Origin: an uncultured Acidobacteriota bacterium
GTDB taxonomy: Bacteria > Acidobacteriota > UBA6911
Length of the DNA stretch: 64,000 nucleotides
Direction: 5' to 3'
NCBI GenBank assembly: GCA_963827655.1
Contig: CAWHCF010000037.1
Span: 32,001 to 96,000 of the forward strand
A program made the translations under genes and the position numbers. The notes below the pieces were generated by a model that saw only the letters and a list, made by a program, of their open reading frames with translations, had not been told where the DNA came from and did not search any database. The first letter of the stretch is position 1, and the number at the start of each line of letters is the position of its first letter. Below, in pieces: positions 53,419-64,000 of the stretch.

Positions 53419-54934
53419 TCACTGCCCGGTCTTGCGCGCAACCAGCCGGTACGAAACAAACGCAAAGCGCTTGCTGTCGGGCGACCACGAAGGCACGTTT
53501 ATCGTCCCCTGGCCGCCGAAAAGCGTGGCGAGCACCTTCGGTTCGCCGCCCGCCGGCATGATCTTCAACTGCACGTCCTTATTAGGCGGGTGTCCCTTGA
53601 CGCTCGGATCATAGGCGAGATACACAAGCCACCGGCCGTCCGGCGAGGGATGGGGGAACCAGTCGCCGGATGGCGCTCCAACCGAAACCATCTCCTGCCC
53701 CGACCCGTCGGCGCGCATGCGCCAGATACGCATCAGTCCGGTGCGTTCGGAGTTGAAGTAGATCCATTGCCCGTCCGGTGAGTAGTCCGGGCCGTCGTCC
53801 AGGCCGGGCGCTGTCGTCAGTCGGCGCTCTTCGCCGCCATCCACGGAAACCGTGTAGATGTCGTATTCCCCACTGCGCTGAGCGCAGTAAGCCAGGGTCT
53901 TGCCGTCCGGAGACCAGCCATGCCAGTACGACGGCCGCTGCTCGACCACGAGGCGCGGTTCTCCTCCGGTCGCGGGGACAATCCAGATCTGCGACCCTCC
54001 GGACGCGGACCCGCTGATCGCCATCTGCCGGCCATCCGGGGACAAGCCGTGGTCGTTGTTAAGCCGCAGCGATCCGGTCTCGATCAGCTCGGGCGTGCCG
54101 CCGTCTGCGGGAATGCGGTACAGTTTGCCGCCTCCGTTGTAAAAGAGAGAGCGGCCGTCCGGCGACCAGTTGGGCGCTTCAAAGTGCGCCGTCTCCCGAT
54201 GGATGATGCGCCGCTGGCCGGTTTCGATCTCGATGGTCTCCAGCGTGCTCTCGACCATGCCGCTCCTTGAGATCGATGACGCCGTCATTGCGGACAGCCA
54301 CGCGCGAGAACAAAGCCGTTTCCGCAACCTTTACGTCGTGCGAGCAGACCGCGAGGCCGGCGTAAACGGTTTCCGGCAACGACAGAGAGAGCGCCCCCAC
54401 CGGCTGGAATGCGCCTCCTCGGGGGGCCACCTCGGCGGAGATGACCTCGCCGTGGCGTTCCAGCCGCAGGGTGGCCGGCGCCTTGATGCTGGTGCGCAGT
54501 TCCTCGGTCGGCCCGCCCTTCGTCCTCCTGAATTGCAGCGCGATCAGTCCATCCTGATGCGCGACGAGATCGGCGTAGGCGTCGTCAGGCGCGAGCCCGG
54601 AGCGCAGGATGGGTCCCGCCTTCTTGTGGGCATTTCCACCGCTCGTGACCCACTCGAAATCGGCGGTTATGCTGATATCCCCGGACGCCGAACGCCACAG
54701 GAAGTGGAATGCGTCCGTCCCGGCCCACATGTTGGCGCCACTCCCGGTAATGCGATAGGTGTTGGAGCCCGGATTGTGCTCAACCGCGCCTTTGTGCTCG
54801 ACCACGCCAACATCGCCGGACTTTTCGAACTCGCCCAGAGCCCGCTGCGCCGACAGCACCACGGGGAAGGCAGCGACCAGCCATGCCACAAAGAACAGCA
54901 CACGCATACTCTTGAACACAGCCGTGATTTCCAT
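53419..54934 (-). CDS. TolB-like/PD40 beta-propeller protein with N-terminal ConA-like domain; frameshift ~54265
   Basis: [43 protein letters not shown]; N-terminal part in ORF 54179..54934. Confidence 0.82.
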
Positions 54935-54964
54935 TCTTGCCTCCTTGCTTTCTTGGCAAAGATT

Positions 54965-55001
54965 CTTAGTGTTTCTTCGTGTCTTCGTGTCTTCGTGGTT
55001 A
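54965..55001 (+). repeat. Octamer repeat copy R12 (closest to consensus)
   Basis: cttagtgtttcttcgtgtcttcgtgtcttcgtggtta. Confidence 0.9.
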
Positions 55002-55006
55002 CGCGG

Positions 55007-57260
55007 TCAGAAATCGAAAAGGTAGTTGAACTTGACCATCAGCACACGGCTCATCGTCCGGCGCTGGTCGCCGTGCGGATCGAGGTAATCTTCGGTGGCC
55101 ACACGCGTGTTGTAGACCACGAAGAAGCCCGTGCTCGAGGTCGAAAGCAGCGCGAGCCTTATATTCGTTCCGACCTGGCCAGTCTGGCTGTTGTACTGGC
55201 TGAAGAACTGAAGGTAGCTCTTGGGCGTGAAAGACCAGTTGAAGCGCAGACCGACCAGGTCGGTCGTAAAATCCCCTTCGGGTAGCGCGATGAAGTTGCG
55301 GACGTAGTTTGCGGTCCAGCTGATATTCTGGCCATAGCGGTAGCCGCCGCTCGCGTTGATGGTCCGGATCGTTCCGGAGTAGAAGTCGCCCACTGAGAAG
55401 TTGCCCGAGGCCCAGAAGGTGTGCGCTGGGATCGGTCCCGTAGTTAAGGACCATCTCGCTGTAGTCGTAACGCCCGGGAGGGATCAGGACGCCCGGGCTC
55501 ACCTCGAACGGTTTGTCGAGCCGCTCGAAGTTGCGGTTCAACGCAAGCCCCAGGCTCGAGCCGTTCTGCCAGCGCGTGTCGAGATGGTAGTGCTCGAACG
55601 CGGACTCTTTCTCGTTGGTCTCGAGCGTGTACCAGCGATTCCACTGGAAGTGCGGGAAGATGCTGCGCAGCAGCTTGCCTTCGGGATAATGCGTATACCG
55701 GTAGCCGATCGTCGGCTTGCGGAATCCGACACGCTGGACGTAGCCGACTTCGGGGTTGAAGTCGCGTCCGACTTCCGTGTAGCCGGCATCGGCCCGGTGA
55801 TGCTCGTCATCGTAGGCCAGGACAGACGAGGCCGCGTGGTCGCGGCCCGTGAGTCCTGGGGTCAGGCTCTTGGCCAGGTAGTTGAACCAGTTGGCGTGGC
55901 GGCCAAACCCGATGTTGAGATCGGCGCCGAACGTGTAATTGTACGAGGGCGCCGAGGTTCCGCCGGTCAATGAGTTCCGGCCCACGGCGATGAGGCCGAT
56001 CGAGGAGCGGTTGCGCAATTCGCGGGCTACCCGCAGCACGCTGAAGTTGTTCGCCGGCACGACGCCCTCGACCTCGCGTGTCATCATGTCGAGCGCTCCG
56101 ATCTCGTAGTTCCCCATCTTCCCGCTTAACCGGACGCCGGCGTCGATCGGCACCTCGATCCCCGAGCGGTCGATACCGATCCGCCGCGAAAAGAACGCTT
56201 CAACCTCCCGGGGCGTGCCGAACTCGAAGAACCCGGAGTTTTCCAGGAAGAAGGGTCTCTTTTCCGGGAAGAAGAGGTCGAAGCGGGTCAGGTTGACCTG
56301 CTCCTCGTCGACCTCGACCTGCGCAAAGTCCGTGTTGAAGGTGGCGTCGAGCGTCAGACCGGGGGTGAGACTGTACTTCAAGTCCAGACCGGCATTCAGC
56401 GCCGGATCGGTGGCGTCGGGCTCGGTGTAGTTCTGTTTGAAGCCGCCGAGCACATAGGGAAGAAGCTTCAGGTTGCGATGTACCTCCACGTCGAGTCCTT
56501 CGAGCTCTCCGGCGATCGCGACATCGTTGAATGTGAAGCCCCGGGATACCGGCGCCCAGAACGACTGCTCGTTGCGGCGGCGAAGGTTGCGGGTGATGTT
56601 CAGTCCCCATGTGCGGTCCGAGCCGGGTGTGTACCGGAGCGTCTTGAACGGAATCACCATCTCGCTCTCCCAGCCCCGTTCCGTGACCTTCGACCAGACC
56701 TTCCACACTCCGTCCCAGTTCAGATTGAAGGCCGAGGCGCCGCCCCGCTGGGCGCCCCCGCCGCCCCCGGCCCCACCAGCGCGGGCGGGCGTCCCGACTC
56801 CGCCCCGTCCCTGGCCGGCTTTCGAGAGCTGGCCATCGTACTCGATGCCGGTCGGGCTGGTTCCGAAGATGAAGGCATTCTGCCGGTCGTGGAAGGTATC
56901 GAGCAGGATCTCGACCGAGTCGGTGTCGATCAGAGACGCGTCCCGGCGGTTCTGAGTAACGACGATGTTGTCGGGCTCGGAGTCGAAGCAGATGATCCCG
57001 ATGTAGAGGTTGTTGTCGTCAAACGCGATCCGGATCTCGGTCGACTCCGTCGCGGAGGCGCCCTCGTTCGGCTCCTGCTGAACAAAGGCGGCGGCCGGCG
57101 CGATCCCGCTCCAGAGATCTTCCGTGACCAGTCCATCCAGAGTCGGCGCTTTATCGACGCGCCGGGCGCGGACCTTGCGCGACCCGACCGGCGTATTATC
57201 CGCGAGGATATGAGGAACGACGAGGAGCAGCAACGCGAGACGGCACACCTTCGCCAACAA
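55007..57260 (-). CDS. CBM9-like/DUF5916 outer-membrane protein; frameshift ~55415
   Basis: DTFHDRQNAF, NTDFAQVEVD, LFFPEKRPFFLE, FFSRRIG; terminal KFNYLFDF. Confidence 0.85.
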
Positions 57261-57264
57261 GGTT

Positions 57265-57300
57265 CTTAGTGCTTCTTCGAGCCTTCGCGTCTTGGTGGTT
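57265..57300 (+). repeat. Octamer repeat copy R13
   Basis: cttagtgcttcttcgagccttcgcgtcttggtggtt. Confidence 0.85.
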
Positions 57301-57311
57301 CGGTCGCCGAT

Positions 57312-60300
57312 CTAGAACTCCAGGCGCAAGCGAATCATGATCTGCCTCGCCGGAGCGAAAGCGCGGGTCGAGGTAACGACGCCATAGGTATTGGGCGCGG
57401 ACAGATTTGATCCGGGATTGTTGAAGTTGGCCTGATTGAAGACATTCTGGGCGGCCGCCATCATGGTAAATCTCCAGCGCTCGGTGATCGGGAAGGTTTT
57501 GCCCAGCGTCAGATCGTGGATAGTGGAGGCCCGGGCCTTCCAGGATGTTCGCGCCGCTGTTGCCGAACCGTCCGGCAGGCGGGCGCGCGAACGCCGTGGT
57601 GTCGAACCAGCGGTTGAGCGTCCGCTCGGAAGACGGAAGGTTGCCGTTGGCGATGCGGTCGGGCAGGCCCCCTACGGTGTTTGTGTTTGAAGGATCGGCG
57701 CCCGCGAAAGACGGCGAGAAGAATTGCCCGCTCTCCATGTAGGCAATCCAGTAAAGCTGCCACCCGCCCACAACGTGGTTCACTACCTTGTTCACATCGG
57801 ACAGAAACTGCTTGCCGTTGCCGAAGGGCAAATACCAGAGGGCGTTCAGCACGACGCGATGCCGCACCGTGCTCGGATCCCGGTTCCAGAATAGAGGCGC
57901 GTATGGGTTCTCGAGGTTCAGCGTTTTGGAATAATTGGAGGCCCAGGTCCAGTGGGCGTCGAACATGACCTGGCCGACCCTGCGCTGCCCTTGCAGCGTC
58001 ATGGCGTTGAAATTGGCCGCGCCGTCGGTAAAGGCGTAATTGGTATTGACGAACTGAGGGAAAGGCCGGCGCGCCTGGTTGAAGGCAGTCAGACTCGGCT
58101 CGGGCTTGTTCAGGTTTCGCGTATAGTTCAGACCGCGAGAGCGCGAGCCGAGATAGGAAACCCGGATGCCTATATCCCGGAACTGACGCTCGATCGTGAA
58201 ATTGAACTGGTGGATGCGGCCGTTATTCGTGTCAGGGTCGAATCCGTTCACGCTCTGCGAGGGAATCGTCCCCGATCCGGCCGGAAAGGGGTTGGGCATG
58301 GCGAACAGCGGCTGGCCGTCCCGGATCGCATTGAAGAACGTCTCGCTGATCTCGAAGGGACCGCCGCCCTCGGCTCGGGCGAAGCGGCCGAGGCTCTCGG
58401 TATAGACGCCATAGCCCCCGCGAATCACGAAATTGTTTCCGAAGGGGCGATACGCGACACCAAGGCGCGGAGCGAAGTTGCTAAGGGAAGGATGCTGTTG
58501 CGCATCGCCGGTCACCAGCTTGATCGTATTGGTCGGATACAGAGGGCTGACCTCCGGCATCGCCTCCTCCGGCACGATGACGTTACCCGACTGGCGATCC
58601 CAGTTGTAGATCAACCCGTCCTCGTAATCGGTCTGGCCGAAACGGTCCCACCGCAGACCCAGTTCCAGCGTCACCCGGCTGTTGACTTTGAAGGTGTCCT
58701 GAGCGTAGATGCCCAGCTCACTGTCGATTCGCGTGCGGTTTGTCCGAGGATCGAGGCGCTGGCTGGAGAAGGGCAATCCAAGGATGAAATCGGCTGCGCC
58801 GTAGCCGGTCAGCGATCCGTTGAAGTTGAACACGCCGTAGCTGCCCTCGGGAACGGCGCCGCTGAACATGGATTGGGGCCGAAACTCCATTCCCAGCTTC
58901 AGCACGTGGCTCCCCTTGGCCCACGTGAGATTATCGGCGATGTCCCATGATTTGTCCTTCTGGATATAGCCGCCCGGGTTGATGCGAAGGTTCTGGTAAC
59001 CCGTAATATCGATGCGCGGGAATCCCATGGCGCTCAGCCCCTGGGGGTTCACGCCCTGGATCCCCAGTTCCGACACCACCGCATCACCGCGCAAGGGCGT
59101 GAAGCCGTCCACTTCGTCGCCGTCGATGACATCCGGTCTATACAATCCGAATCGGAACGAGTTCACCAGGACCGGCGAGAAGACGTGGGTGTCTTCCACA
59201 ACCCACGTCGAGCTTTTCCGGATCCGGGTCCAGGTCAGTTCCGGGAAGGGGCCGTTCAGCACATAGAGCGGCTTGCTGTTGAGCAATTTAAAATAGACGG
59301 TGTTGTTTTGAGCGATCTTGTGGTCGACGCGAACGTCGTAACTGTTCCAGGTGAAGAGATCCGTCGGATAGGGAAAAAGAAAACCGTAGTTGCTGGCGAA
59401 GGCATTGGGCCCACCGAGATTGGGAGCGTGCAGATAGTTGTCGAATACTCGCTGGATCGTGGGGTTGATCCGGCTGGTGGGAATCACATTGTTCGGAAAG
59501 GGAGTGTTCGTGAGCGGATCGCGCACCGTGATGGGCTGCGGCAGGGAGAGGAGTTGCGAGAAGTCGCCGCGCCGCATCTGTTCGGTCGGAACGTCGCGCC
59601 GGTAGAAGGTCGAACTGGGCCAGCGCTGGCCGCTCCAGGAGAAGAAGAAGAAGGTGCGGTCGCGCAACACCGGACCTGCAATCTCTCCGTTCATGGTATG
59701 GAACAGGTTCTTGGGCTTGGTAGCGTCGAAAAAGTTGCGCGCGGAGAGCGCCGAGTTCTGGTGCCAGTAGACGGCCCGTCCGTGGAACTCGTTGGTGCCC
59801 GATTTGGTGGTCATGACCATCGAGGCCGGGCGCGCGTATTCCGCCGAGTTATTGGCCATCACCACCTGCACTTCCTCCATCACGTGGACGTTGGAGGCCT
59901 GCAGCGAGCTCCCTTCGCCCGGAACGCCGTCAATGGCCGTCTGCACCTGCGTGTTGGGCTGCCCGGCGATCTGAATCGTGTAGAGGCCGGTCACGCTTTG
60001 CACCAGGGGAAGGGTCGTCATGACGACCTGCGGATTTCGCCCGTCGCCCACCCAGGGCGCGTCGTCAAAGCGCTGGCTCGTGAACGACGCCTGGATCTTG
60101 GCCGATTCGGTCGAGATTACCGCCGCGTCGGCCTTGACCACCACTTCCGCGTCCACGGCGCCGAGCTCGAAAGCAATGTCGATGCGGCGAATCTGGTTGG
60201 TTTCCAGAATGATATTGTCGGCGACGAAATTCTTGAAGCCCGGCGCGCTCGCGGTGAGCCGGTAAGAGCCGCGCTGAAGCTCGGGGATTTCGTAATCGCC

Positions 60301-60501
60301 GTTTTCGTTGGCGATGGTCGTGCGCGCGATGTTGGTGCCGAGATTCGTGATCGTGATGTTCGCGCCGGCGACCACGGCGCCGCTCGGATCGCGAACTGAG
60401 CCACGGATCGTGGACACGGTCAGCTGAGCAAGAAGATTGGCGGCGCACGCCAGATTGAGGGCACACGCCAGTGGAAAGAGAACAGCAAGTTTCTGAGTCA
60501 T
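57312..60501 (-). CDS. TonB-dependent receptor (Acidobacteria type); frameshift ~57520
   Basis: STIRGSVRDPSGA, TKSGTNEFHG, QDTFKVNSRVTLELGLRWD; terminal IMIRLRLEF-TAG. Confidence 0.9.
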
Positions 60502-60640
60502 GGCAATCCCTCCGCAGTTTGAGGGGATTACACCACCGCTCAGTGTGCCAGTCAAATGTTATGGTGCGCTTTTTGCCTCCTAGTGTCTTAGGCGCTGAGC
60601 GACACGTTCAAACCAACATGTTGTCGTCCAGAAGGGGCCT

Positions 60641-60668
60641 TTCGTTCGGGGCGAAGTCCCCGAGCGAA
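60641..60668. other. Strong GC hairpin abutting repeat R14 (function unclear)
   Basis: ttcgttcgggg-cgaagt-ccccgagcgaa. Confidence 0.45.
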
Positions 60669-60669
60669 C

Positions 60670-60688
60670 CTTAGTGTCTTTGCGGTTA
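60670..60688 (+). repeat. Octamer repeat copy R14 (short single arm)
   Basis: cttagtgtctttgcggtta. Confidence 0.7.
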
Positions 60689-60693
60689 ATGCG

Positions 60694-60732
60694 TTGACTC
60701 GCGCCTTCCTCTGTGGGTACATTGTAACTACA
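60694..60732 (+). promoter_or_regulatory. mazEF promoter with overlapping palindromic operator
   Basis: TTGACT-18nt-TACATT; imperfect palindrome tgtgggtacattgtaactaca. Confidence 0.6.
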
Positions 60733-60748
60733 GACTGGAGGCACTATC

Positions 60749-60997
60749 ATGAAGGCTCGTCTTGTCCGCATCGGAAATTCGCGAGGCGTCAGGCTGCCTA
60801 AGCCTCTCATCGAAGAGGCCGGCCTCACGGACGAGGTTGAGGTTCGCGTTCGTGACGGGGCAATCGTCATCATGTCTACGGCCCGGCCGCGATACGGCTG
60901 GGGCGAGGCCGCGAGGCAAATGCGGCAACGCGGCGAAGATCGCCTTCTTGAAGAGCCCACTCCCACCCACTTCGAGGACGAGGATTGGAAATGGTAG
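60749..60997 (+). CDS. mazE: AbrB/MazE-family antitoxin
   Basis: MKARLVRIGNSRGVRLPK...EDEDWKW; GGAGG RBS. Confidence 0.92.
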   Translation: MKARLVRIGNSRGVRLPKPLIEEAGLTDEVEVRVRDGAIVIMSTARPRYGWGEAARQMRQRGEDRLLEEPTPTHFEDEDWKW

Positions 60998-61326
60998 TGT
61001 CACGTTTGGCCAGACGTGGCGATGTGTTCCTCGTAAACCTTGATCCCACAAGGGGCCGTGAGATCCGCAAGAGGAGACCATGCGTGGTCGTTTCGCCTGA
61101 CGAGCTGAACGAACACTTGCACACTCTCATCGTTGCCCCGCTTACCACCGGCGGTCACTCATATCCGTTCCGAGTGCCGTGCCGGTTCCATGGCAAGGCT
61201 GGTTACGTCGTCGTCGACCAGATTCGCACGGTCGATCAGGAGCGACTCTCACGAAGGCTTGGGCAGCTTGCTCCGGCGACTCTGGCCAGAACGCTCTCGG
61301 TTCTCCAAGAAATGTTTGCCCCATAA
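60991..61326 (+). CDS. mazF: MazF/PemK-family endoribonuclease toxin
   Basis: RGDVFLVNLDPTRGREIRKRRPCVVVSP, DQIRTVD. Confidence 0.92.
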   Translation: MVVSRLARRGDVFLVNLDPTRGREIRKRRPCVVVSPDELNEHLHTLIVAPLTTGGHSYPFRVPCRFHGKAGYVVVDQIRTVDQERLSRRLGQLAPATLARTLSVLQEMFAP

Positions 61327-61400
61327 GAGGGTTTCTTCGTGTCTTCGTGGTTAGAGCTGTCTAACGATACCACCAAGGCTCAAAGACGCTAAGAATCCTC
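61327..61400. repeat. Octamer repeat copy R15 (two-armed)
   Basis: gagggtttcttcgtgtcttcgtggtta...accaccaaggctcaaagacgctaagaatcctc. Confidence 0.85.
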
Positions 61401-61404
61401 CACC

Positions 61405-64000
61405 TCAAAACAGAAGCTTCAGCGCGAACTGAAGCTGTCTGGGACCGGCATTGGCCGTGTTATTGATCGTTCCGAAGTCGGGCGTGCCCAGCGTCTGCTG
61501 CGGCACCCCGAAGTTCGGCGTGTTGGTCAGGTTGAAGACCTCGGCGCGGAACTGCAGCCGGCTGTTCTCGGTCACGGTGAAGTTTTTGAACACGGAGAAA
61601 TCCAGCTGCCGCTGCGGAGGACCGTAAAGAATGTTTCGGCCCGCGTTGCCGATTTCAAAAAACGGCTGCGGCACGAAGGCCGAGGTATCGAACCAGCGAT
61701 TGACGCTGCGCTGGTCCTCAGGGAAGAGTGCCGTCGGCGATGCGGTGGGGCCGGTCGCCGCCGCCTGTGTTGGCGCGGCTGGCGGCATTCTGGATCGAAT
61801 AGGTCAGGCCGGTCTGCGCGACGGCGATGGCGTTCACCTGCCACCCCTTCATGAGCTGCGCCGCGAACCCGGTGGCGTTTCTTGCAAACGGCAATTCATA
61901 GTTAGTCCCGAGCACCCAGCGCTGGCGGACGTCGATGTCGGAGCTCGCGCGCTCCAGCGTTCGATTGTTGACCAGCTGGGGGTACGGTCCGCTGCCCGGT
62001 TTGCCTCCCGCCGTGGTCTGCGTGTCGTCAATCGCGTGCGCCCAGGTGTAATTGGACATCAGGGTGAAGCCCTTGCTGAAGCGCCGCTCGAGCGTTGCCT
62101 GGAGCGCGTGGTAGTTGGCGATTGAATCGGTCTGCACGAGCGTGATGTTGTTGACGTTCGGGAACTGCGCGAAGTAGGGGCGTCGCGGGAGGATCGCCCC
62201 TGGACCAGGCAACGCCAGGTTGACGTTGGGAGTGCTCAACTGCTTGCGCGACAACGCCCCGACATAGCCCGCGCTGACTACCATGCCTCCGGCAAATTCG
62301 CGCTGCAAGGTCAGGTTGTACTGCTGGACATAACTGGAACGGAAATCAAGGGCGACGGCGGTCAGGTTACCCCTCGGATTGGCCGGGTCCGTCGCCACCG
62401 GCAGCGGCAATCCCTCAGCCAGCGTGTTGATCGGAGTCAACGGTGTCGTGGCGACCGAGAACAAGCTGACGTACGGCGGATTCCGGAAGTGAGCGCTCGA
62501 GCCGTAATTCGCCGGGTAGAAGTTTAAGCCGAAGCCGCCGCGCAGCACGGTGCCGCGGCCGAGCGTGGCGGCAAAACCGAATCGCGGCGCCAGGTCGTTT
62601 CGATCCGTGACCACCCCGACGCTGCGCGAGACGCCGTTCTTGCCCGCTTCAAGAATCCGACCGGTCGCCAGATCCGGGTTCGAGATGCGATCGGCAACCT
62701 CGACCAGCGGCGTAAACACCTCGTAGCGCAACCCGAGGTTCAGCGTGAGCCACCGGGCGACGCGCCAGTCGTCTTGCAGGTAGATGGCGAGTTCCCAGGT
62801 TCTCATCCCCGGCCAGACCAGATGGTTTCCTCGCGTGGTCAATGCGGGCAGGCCCAGTAGAAACGAGGCCATGCTGTTGCCGCTCCCCGCGACTGCGCCC
62901 GACGGGTCGTTGGTGAAGTTCCCGTTGAATTCGAAGTCGCCGCGCGGCTGCGGGCCCTGGAACAGAGTGAACTGGCGGCGGCGGAAATCGGCGCCGGTCT
63001 TGATGCTGTGCCCGGAACGGATGTGGGTCACGCTGCCGACATACTGAAAGATGTTGTTGAAGCCAATCAGCGGCACGAAATTGCTGTCGCCAATCCCCCG
63101 GAATCCGGCGATCGTCATCGGGGTCAGGCCCGAGCTGTTGATGTCGAAATTCGCCCCGCGGATGCCGAACTGCTCGCTCACGTCCTTGCCGTAATTCGGC
63201 GTGAGAGAAGAAATGGCGAAGCGCACGAATCCAGCCTTGAACTCGGCCAGCAGGTCGGGGCGAAAGGTGTGGACGTAATTTAGGTGCACGCCCTGCGAGC
63301 GCTGGAGCGCCGGACCGGAAAACTGAAAGCGGTCACCGCCGGCTTCGATGTCTCCCACCGCGGGAAGGTGCGGCGGCGTGAAGGTATCGGTGTCGTTGAA
63401 GGAGTAGCGCCCGTACAAGGAGTCGCGTTCGGAGAAGCGATGGTCGATGCGGATGTCGAAGGTGTCGTCACGCTGCTTCTTCACCGGCGCGTGAGTAAAG
63501 TTGTTAGCCAGACCCGGGCGCTGTGGCTGGGGATACAGGGTCAGCAGGCGAACGGCAATCGGCTCCAGCCGGTTGGCCGGAATGACGTCGCCCGGAAAGC
63601 GGTCGCGGATGGAGACGGCGGGGTTATTCGGATCGGCGCGCAGAGTCATCGGATCGAAGATCGGGTTGATGCCCGCGAAGTTGCCGAGTCTCATTTCGGC
63701 CGTCGGCACGGTCGAAACAAAGATCTGCGCCTGACGCTGGCGAAAGCCTTCGTAATCCCCGAAGAAGAACGTGCGGTTCTGTTTGATGGCACCCCCGAGG
63801 CTGCCGCCGAACTGATTCTGGCGGAACTTGGGGGCAGGACCGGGCGGGGAGAAAAAATTCTTGGCGTCGAAGATATCGTTGCGAAAGAACTCGAAGAGGG
63901 AGCCATGGTACTCGTTGCCTCCCGACTTGGTGACCAGGTTGATCACTCCGCCCGCGGTGCGGCCGAGCTCGGCGCTGTACAGATTCGTCTGGACCTTGAA
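61405..64000 (-). CDS. TonB-dependent receptor (Acidobacteria type); 5' end outside window; frameshift ~61745
   Basis: INLVTKSGGNEYHG, QDDWRVARWLTLNLGLRYE, terminal RQLQFALKLLF. Confidence 0.9.

Noticed and set aside
46225-61400. Canonical integron/attC array
   Set aside because: No IntI in the window, the repeats lack the paired RYYYAAC...GTTRRRY box architecture, and the genes face both directions.

Overview
GC-rich bacterial DNA, most likely Acidobacteriota. This is inferred from gene content: four Acidobacteria-type TonB-dependent receptors, DUF1592/DUF1552/ankyrin genes and Ser/Thr kinases with PD40 or AAA-TPR tails. About 45 accessory-type genes are present, and many are split by single-base frameshifts that look like long-read indel errors. 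No rRNA, tRNA, CRISPR array, integrase or reverse transcriptase was seen. Three highlights stand out. (1) About 15 copies of an intergenic octamer-built repeat (CTTAGTGTTT-CTTCGTGT-CTTCGTGT-CTTCGTGGTTA). Its single-arm copies all point the same way, it supplies stop codons, it sits beside gene relics, and from 46 to 61 kb it separates the genes into 1-2-gene units, like a cassette array with a non-attC site. (2) An IS110/IS1111-type element inserted inside one repeat copy, whose 3' non-coding region carries short guide-like matches to its own ends and to the repeat (candidate bridge/seekRNA). (3) A selenoprotein missed by the ORF track (Trx-like CxxU + heme-c CxxCH + PDZ) with an in-frame UGA and a SECIS-like hairpin. 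Also present: msrPQ, two MazEF-type TA modules, an uncharacterised TA-like pair, and MITE/REPIN-like elements.
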